Shown here: one piece after another, positions 60,350-64,000 of the stretch
Layout: each line of letters starts with the position of its first letter
Numbering within the stretch: the stretch's first letter is position 1
DNA from: an uncultured Verrucomicrobiae bacterium
GTDB taxonomy: Bacteria; Verrucomicrobiota; Verrucomicrobiia; Chthoniobacterales; UBA10450
Direction: 5' to 3'
Assembly (NCBI GenBank): GCA_963824795.1
Contig: CAWGQU010000010.1
Span: 1,215-65,214, forward strand
DNA: 64,000 nucleotides
Translations under genes and position numbers: made by a program
The notes under the pieces: generated by a model
The model's database searches: none
Seen by the model: the letters and a program-made list of their open reading frames with translations, nothing else
Told to the model about the DNA's origin: nothing

Positions 60350-61391
60350 ATGGAAACGACATATCACCGCGGTTTACCCGTCATTCTGAGTTTGTTTTTC
60401 GGGGCCACAATCTGCTTTGGAAATTCGATCGCCAGGGCCGATCCGGTCTCGGAAATGGCGAGCTTTTCCGTTTTTGGAAATGTCGATCTCGCGCAACTGG
60501 CCGCTACCGATCTGAAAACGGCCCACGGTCCGCCGATGAACAATCCGCGTTTTCTTTCGGTGCAAAGTTGCTACGTCGTGCCCCGATCGCCGGCGCAGGA
60601 GATCGCGGCAATGCGGAAATGGAATCCCACGTCGCATCGCGAGCTGAAGGTTTATTTGCATTCCGACATTCCCGGTTCCGCCAGTCCGGAAAATTTTTCG
60701 CGCTTGCGCAATGCGCCAGACAACGACGCCGTGCGCTCGCTCGTGGACAAAACAAAAAAACTTTCTTCCGATCTTCAGATCAGCAAGGAAGAGGCAAAGA
60801 AATTTACTCCGGCAAATGATAGCGGCGGCGCGATGCCGGCATCAGTTGCTTCGTTTTGGATGAACGTGTTGAGCGGTCGCGCGCGGGCTTTCGCTTCGGG
60901 TGGCACAGCAGCGGAGGCGCCATACGATCATACGGGGCAAGCCATTCGGCCTAACGAGGAATTGAATGGTCTCTTACGCGAACAGGGAAAAATCCGTCAG
61001 CAATTTTCTTCGTTCCTTGGCAACACCGGAATCGGTCACGGCGCTGGTGGAAAGCCGGAGATGTATTGGGAATTGCTCTCGGCGGACGACGAGGGTGTCG
61101 TGACTTTGGGCGCGGCTTATAACCGCGCTGGCCCGGGTGGAACTTATCAGGCGGCGGATACGCTGTATTATGCGAGCGGCGGTTATTACGTCTCGCTGAC
61201 ACTTTTTCAGATGTGGCCAATCGTGGTTGGCGGGAAACCGTCCACATTGGTCTGGCGCGGTGATTTCGTTTCCGCCGCGCAGTTAGCCACGCTTGCACGG
61301 CGTGGAACGGCTCGCTTCCGAATCGGCCATGATGAAAGACATCACAAAAGCCGTGACATTCTATCGGCGCGATACATCATCGGGCCGTTAG
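60350..61391 (+). pseudogene. Paralog of secreted protein X (module 2) with an apparent 1-nt insertion near 61286
   Basis: Homology to 52021..53082 continues in the +1 frame after ..GDFVSAAQL (PRLHGVERLASESAMMKDITKAVTFYRRD vs GGLDRLFAGGEMVKEAARAAKLFRGD) and ends at TAG 61389-61391. Confidence 0.6.
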
Positions 61392-61405
61392 TCGCTCTGG
61401 AACCG

Positions 61406-62356
61406 ATGAAATCTTCGCCGCGCCGTTTGGCGCAAATTATTGTTTGCTCGTTCGGCGTAGTTGTCTGCACGCGTTTGTTTGCAGGAGATGGGAAGGAGGT
61501 TCTGACTTCGACAGAACCCTCGACCTACACCGAGCCTGCGCCGCAATTCCGTTTCTCTGCCGAATTCAACGTTGAAGAGACATACATCGGAGAGTCCGAT
61601 GTCGCGCGTGGCCGGCATCATGTGAATGATTTTGATGAAAGCAATACGCTCGTGAGTTTCGTGTTCACGCCGCGAGTCTCCTTCGGCATCCTGCGACTCG
61701 GCGCAGCCTACGAAAGATATTCGTTCGGATTCGATAATGGGTGGCCGTTGCCGAACACGTTGCAGGCAGCCAATCTCGTTGTCGGACTCGACACGCAATT
61801 TTCCGATTCCATTCTCGTACGCATCGAAGCGCAGCCCGGCATTTACGGAGCGGGAATGGACGATCTTGAGTGGGATGACGCGAACATTCCTTTCGTCATC
61901 GGCGGGACGTATATTTACAGCCCGAACCTGCAATTCGTTCTTGGCGTCGGCGTCGACGTGAATCGCAAATATCCGGTTGTGCCCGGCGGCGGCATTCGGT
62001 GGAAAATGTCATCGCAGTGGGTGCTCAACGCGGTGCTGCCGAAACCGCGACTCGAGTATGAATTGAATTCCAGTTTCACACTTTACGCTGGCGCGGTGAT
62101 CAAGAGTCAGACGTTTCGTATGAGTGATGATCAGGGCTCGTCAGGTGGGTTGCCCGAACTCGACCGCGCAGTTCTTAATTATACCGAAGTGCGTACGGGC
62201 TTGGGATTCGAATGGAAAATCACCCCCGAAATTACGTTAAGCGCCGAAGGCGGCTATTTGCCCTACCGAGAGTTCGATTTTCACCGGACGGAAGTTCGTT
62301 ACCATCACGAACAGGGCGCGCCTTACGGAACCATCGCCCTGCACGGCGCTTTCTGA
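61406..62356 (+). CDS. Predicted outer-membrane beta-barrel protein (module 2)
   Basis: Internal ATG with its own signal peptide (MKSSPRRLAQIIVCSFGVVVCTRLFA). The C-terminus ends in ...ALHGAF. Paralog of 51024..51935. Confidence 0.6.
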   Translation: MKSSPRRLAQIIVCSFGVVVCTRLFAGDGKEVLTSTEPSTYTEPAPQFRFSAEFNVEETYIGESDVARGRHHVNDFDESNTLVSFVFTPRVSFGILRLGAAYERYSFGFDNGWPLPNTLQAANLVVGLDTQFSDSILVRIEAQPGIYGAGMDDLEWDDANIPFVIGGTYIYSPNLQFVLGVGVDVNRKYPVVPGGGIRWKMSSQWVLNAVLPKPRLEYELNSSFTLYAGAVIKSQTFRMSDDQGSSGGLPELDRAVLNYTEVRTGLGFEWKITPEITLSAEGGYLPYREFDFHRTEVRYHHEQGAPYGTIALHGAF

Positions 62357-62368
62357 TTTGTCGTTTTT

Positions 62369-62458
62369 CTGTAGCGGCGGTCTATGACCGTCGCATTCTT
62401 TTCGCCGTCACGACGCTGCTCGAGAAACAAGTGCGACGGTCATAGACCGCCGCTACAG
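62369..62458. repeat. Family-C hairpin element, copy 2
   Basis: CTGTAGCGGCGGTCTATGACCGTCGC ... GCGACGGTCATAGACCGCCGCTACAG. Confidence 0.9.
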
Positions 62459-62464
62459 AAGAGA

Positions 62465-63262
62465 TCAGTAGAGATCGCTGCGGCGATGTTCGAAAACGGG
62501 CATGCGCTGTCGTACGTCAGCAATCACTTCCACCGATAACTCGGCGTTGATGAGCTCTTCGCGATCCGTCGAGCCCGCGGCGATTGTTACGCCGTATGGA
62601 TCGATGATCGCGGAAGATCCGCAGAATGGCACACGATCATCCTTGCCGACGCGGTTCGACAAAATCACGTAACTTTGATTTTCGATCGCGCGTGCCACGG
62701 CCAACGTGCGCAAATGTTCCACTCGCGGAAATGGCCAGGCTGAAGAAATGAGGAAGACATCGACATTCTTTTTCGCGGCAAGAGTTCGATACAACTCCGG
62801 GAATCGAAGGTCGTAGCAAATGCTAAGACCAAAATGAAACCCGGCGAAAGCGAAACTGGTCAGCTCGTTGCCGCGGGAAAAGCATTTCTGCTCGTCAATG
62901 GGCGCGAGAGCGAAGAGATGACACTTCCTGTATTTAGCCACGATTTCGCCATTCGCATCGATCATTACCTGCGAGTTGTAGATGGTTTCCTCCGCGCGCT
63001 CAGAAACGCCGCACACAATCGCGATGGAAAATTTCTTCGCCATTTCCTTCAGACTGGGAACCGCGCCCCTGGTCCATTCCGTCGCGCATTTTTGAATAAC
63101 CGGCAGCGAATAGCCGGTATCGGTCATTTCCGGAAAGACGATGAGCTCGCTGCCGGCATCTTTCGCACGCGAAACGAATTCGCGAACCTTGTTGAGGTTC
63201 GCGTCCAGATCGCCCAGGACGCACGCGATTTGAGCAACAGCAATCTTCATCAACTTCGTCAA
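62465..63262 (-). CDS. Carbon-nitrogen hydrolase (nitrilase superfamily)
   Basis: Glu-Lys-Cys triad context (FPEM, KCHLF, SICYDLRFPE). 265 aa. Confidence 0.85.
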   Translation of the reverse strand: MTKLMKIAVAQIACVLGDLDANLNKVREFVSRAKDAGSELIVFPEMTDTGYSLPVIQKCATEWTRGAVPSLKEMAKKFSIAIVCGVSERAEETIYNSQVMIDANGEIVAKYRKCHLFALAPIDEQKCFSRGNELTSFAFAGFHFGLSICYDLRFPELYRTLAAKKNVDVFLISSAWPFPRVEHLRTLAVARAIENQSYVILSNRVGKDDRVPFCGSSAIIDPYGVTIAAGSTDREELINAELSVEVIADVRQRMPVFEHRRSDLY

Positions 63263-63264
63263 TT

Positions 63265-64000
63265 CTAACGCAAAGATTTATCAAGTCGTCCGATCTTCCG
63301 TGTTTCCGGCCAATACTTTGCGACACCAAGCACGACCAGGATCGTACCGATCCCGCCAGCAACAACGGAGACAACAGGACCGAATAGGGCAGCCGTTAAT
63401 CCCGATTCGAGCGCACCAAATTCATTTGAGGTGCCGATAAAAATATTATTCACGGAAGAGACGCGACCACGCATTTCGTCGGGAGTGATGAGCTGCACGA
63501 TCGATCCGCGAATGATCACGCTCACGCTATCGAACGCGCCGGCGAGAAAAAGCATCCCTAACGAGAGCCAGAACGCTTTCGATAATCCGAAAATGATGGT
63601 GGCGATTCCAAATCCAGTGACACACCAGAGAAGAGATTTACCGGCATGACGCATCGGTGGGAGATAAGCGACGACCAGAGCCATGATGAATGCACCAACC
63701 GCCGGCGCCGCGCGCAGCCAGCCGAGCCCGATCGGTCCAACGTGCAGGATTTGATCGGCGAAAATCGGCAGCAAGGCTGTCGCCCCGCCGAGCAGCACCG
63801 CGAACAAATCGAGCGTAATCGTTGCGAGGATGACATTCTTGCTAAAGACAAAACGCATTCCGGCCATGACACTTTGCCATGGCGTTTCGGTGCTGTGATT
63901 GCGTTTTTGCGTGCTGCGACGAATCGGCAGAATCAGGAGGAAGAATATGAAAGCAGTCACGGCGTCGATCGCATAGACCTGCGCGAAACCGACCTTGGCC
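63265..64000 (-). CDS. MFS transporter, C-terminal half (5' end outside window)
   Basis: The frame is open to the window edge. At least 6 TM helices typical of an MFS C-domain. Confidence 0.7.
   Translation of the reverse strand, partial: AKVGFAQVYAIDAVTAFIFFLLILPIRRSTQKRNHSTETPWQSVMAGMRFVFSKNVILATITLDLFAVLLGGATALLPIFADQILHVGPIGLGWLRAAPAVGAFIMALVVAYLPPMRHAGKSLLWCVTGFGIATIIFGLSKAFWLSLGMLFLAGAFDSVSVIIRGSIVQLITPDEMRGRVSSVNNIFIGTSNEFGALESGLTAALFGPVVSVVAGGIGTILVVLGVAKYWPETRKIGRLDKSLR

Noticed and set aside
60266-62356. A genuine 696-aa fusion protein
   Set aside because: Homology to the paralogous module shows two genes. The first ends in another frame at 61391. The second has its own ATG and signal peptide at 61406.

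Overview
64-kb chromosomal segment, moderately GC-rich by eye. Gene content and repeat families resemble soil Verrucomicrobia/PVC-type (possibly Acidobacteria-like) genomes; this placement is inference only. In order, the window holds: the distal dcw cluster (ftsW, murG, a murC-murB fusion, ddl, ftsQ, ftsA, ftsZ); an M20 amidohydrolase and an Nramp transporter; a response regulator with a histidine kinase/sigma-54 activator pair; a family-B DNA polymerase; a sulfotransferase-like gene with a class IV aminotransferase; a PadR/HAAS/DUF5694-like/ADOP-permease group; a secreted serpin; beta-oxidation genes (acyl-CoA dehydrogenase and an interrupted fadJ-like gene); mgtE, DUF47 and a Pit transporter; rpmB, acpP and mscS; a FemAB-like acyltransferase with a paired SMR-type flippase and an arginase-fold gene; nth, hflX, miaA and an RRM protein; an epimerase, an M23 peptidase and a DUF2752/GYF-Yip1 pair; an alkA-like glycosylase; two paralogous barrel-plus-secreted-protein modules flanking an aceB-aceA-aceK glyoxylate operon and an ABC-2 exporter; a nitrilase-family gene; and a partial MFS gene. 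I saw no rRNA, tRNA, CRISPR array, transposase, integrase or phage genes. The strongest unexplained signal is the word TCGTTAGGC: at least 35 exact 8-mer copies against about 2 expected, in both orientations and several reading frames inside unrelated genes, which resembles an uptake-signal or Chi/KOPS-type word. Three families of dispersed palindromic elements populate the spacers, and one sits inside the fadJ-like gene. Two further genes (aceB and a paralog of the secreted protein) carry apparent 1-nt frameshifts. All coordinates of short motifs are hand-counted and may be off by 1-2 nt.
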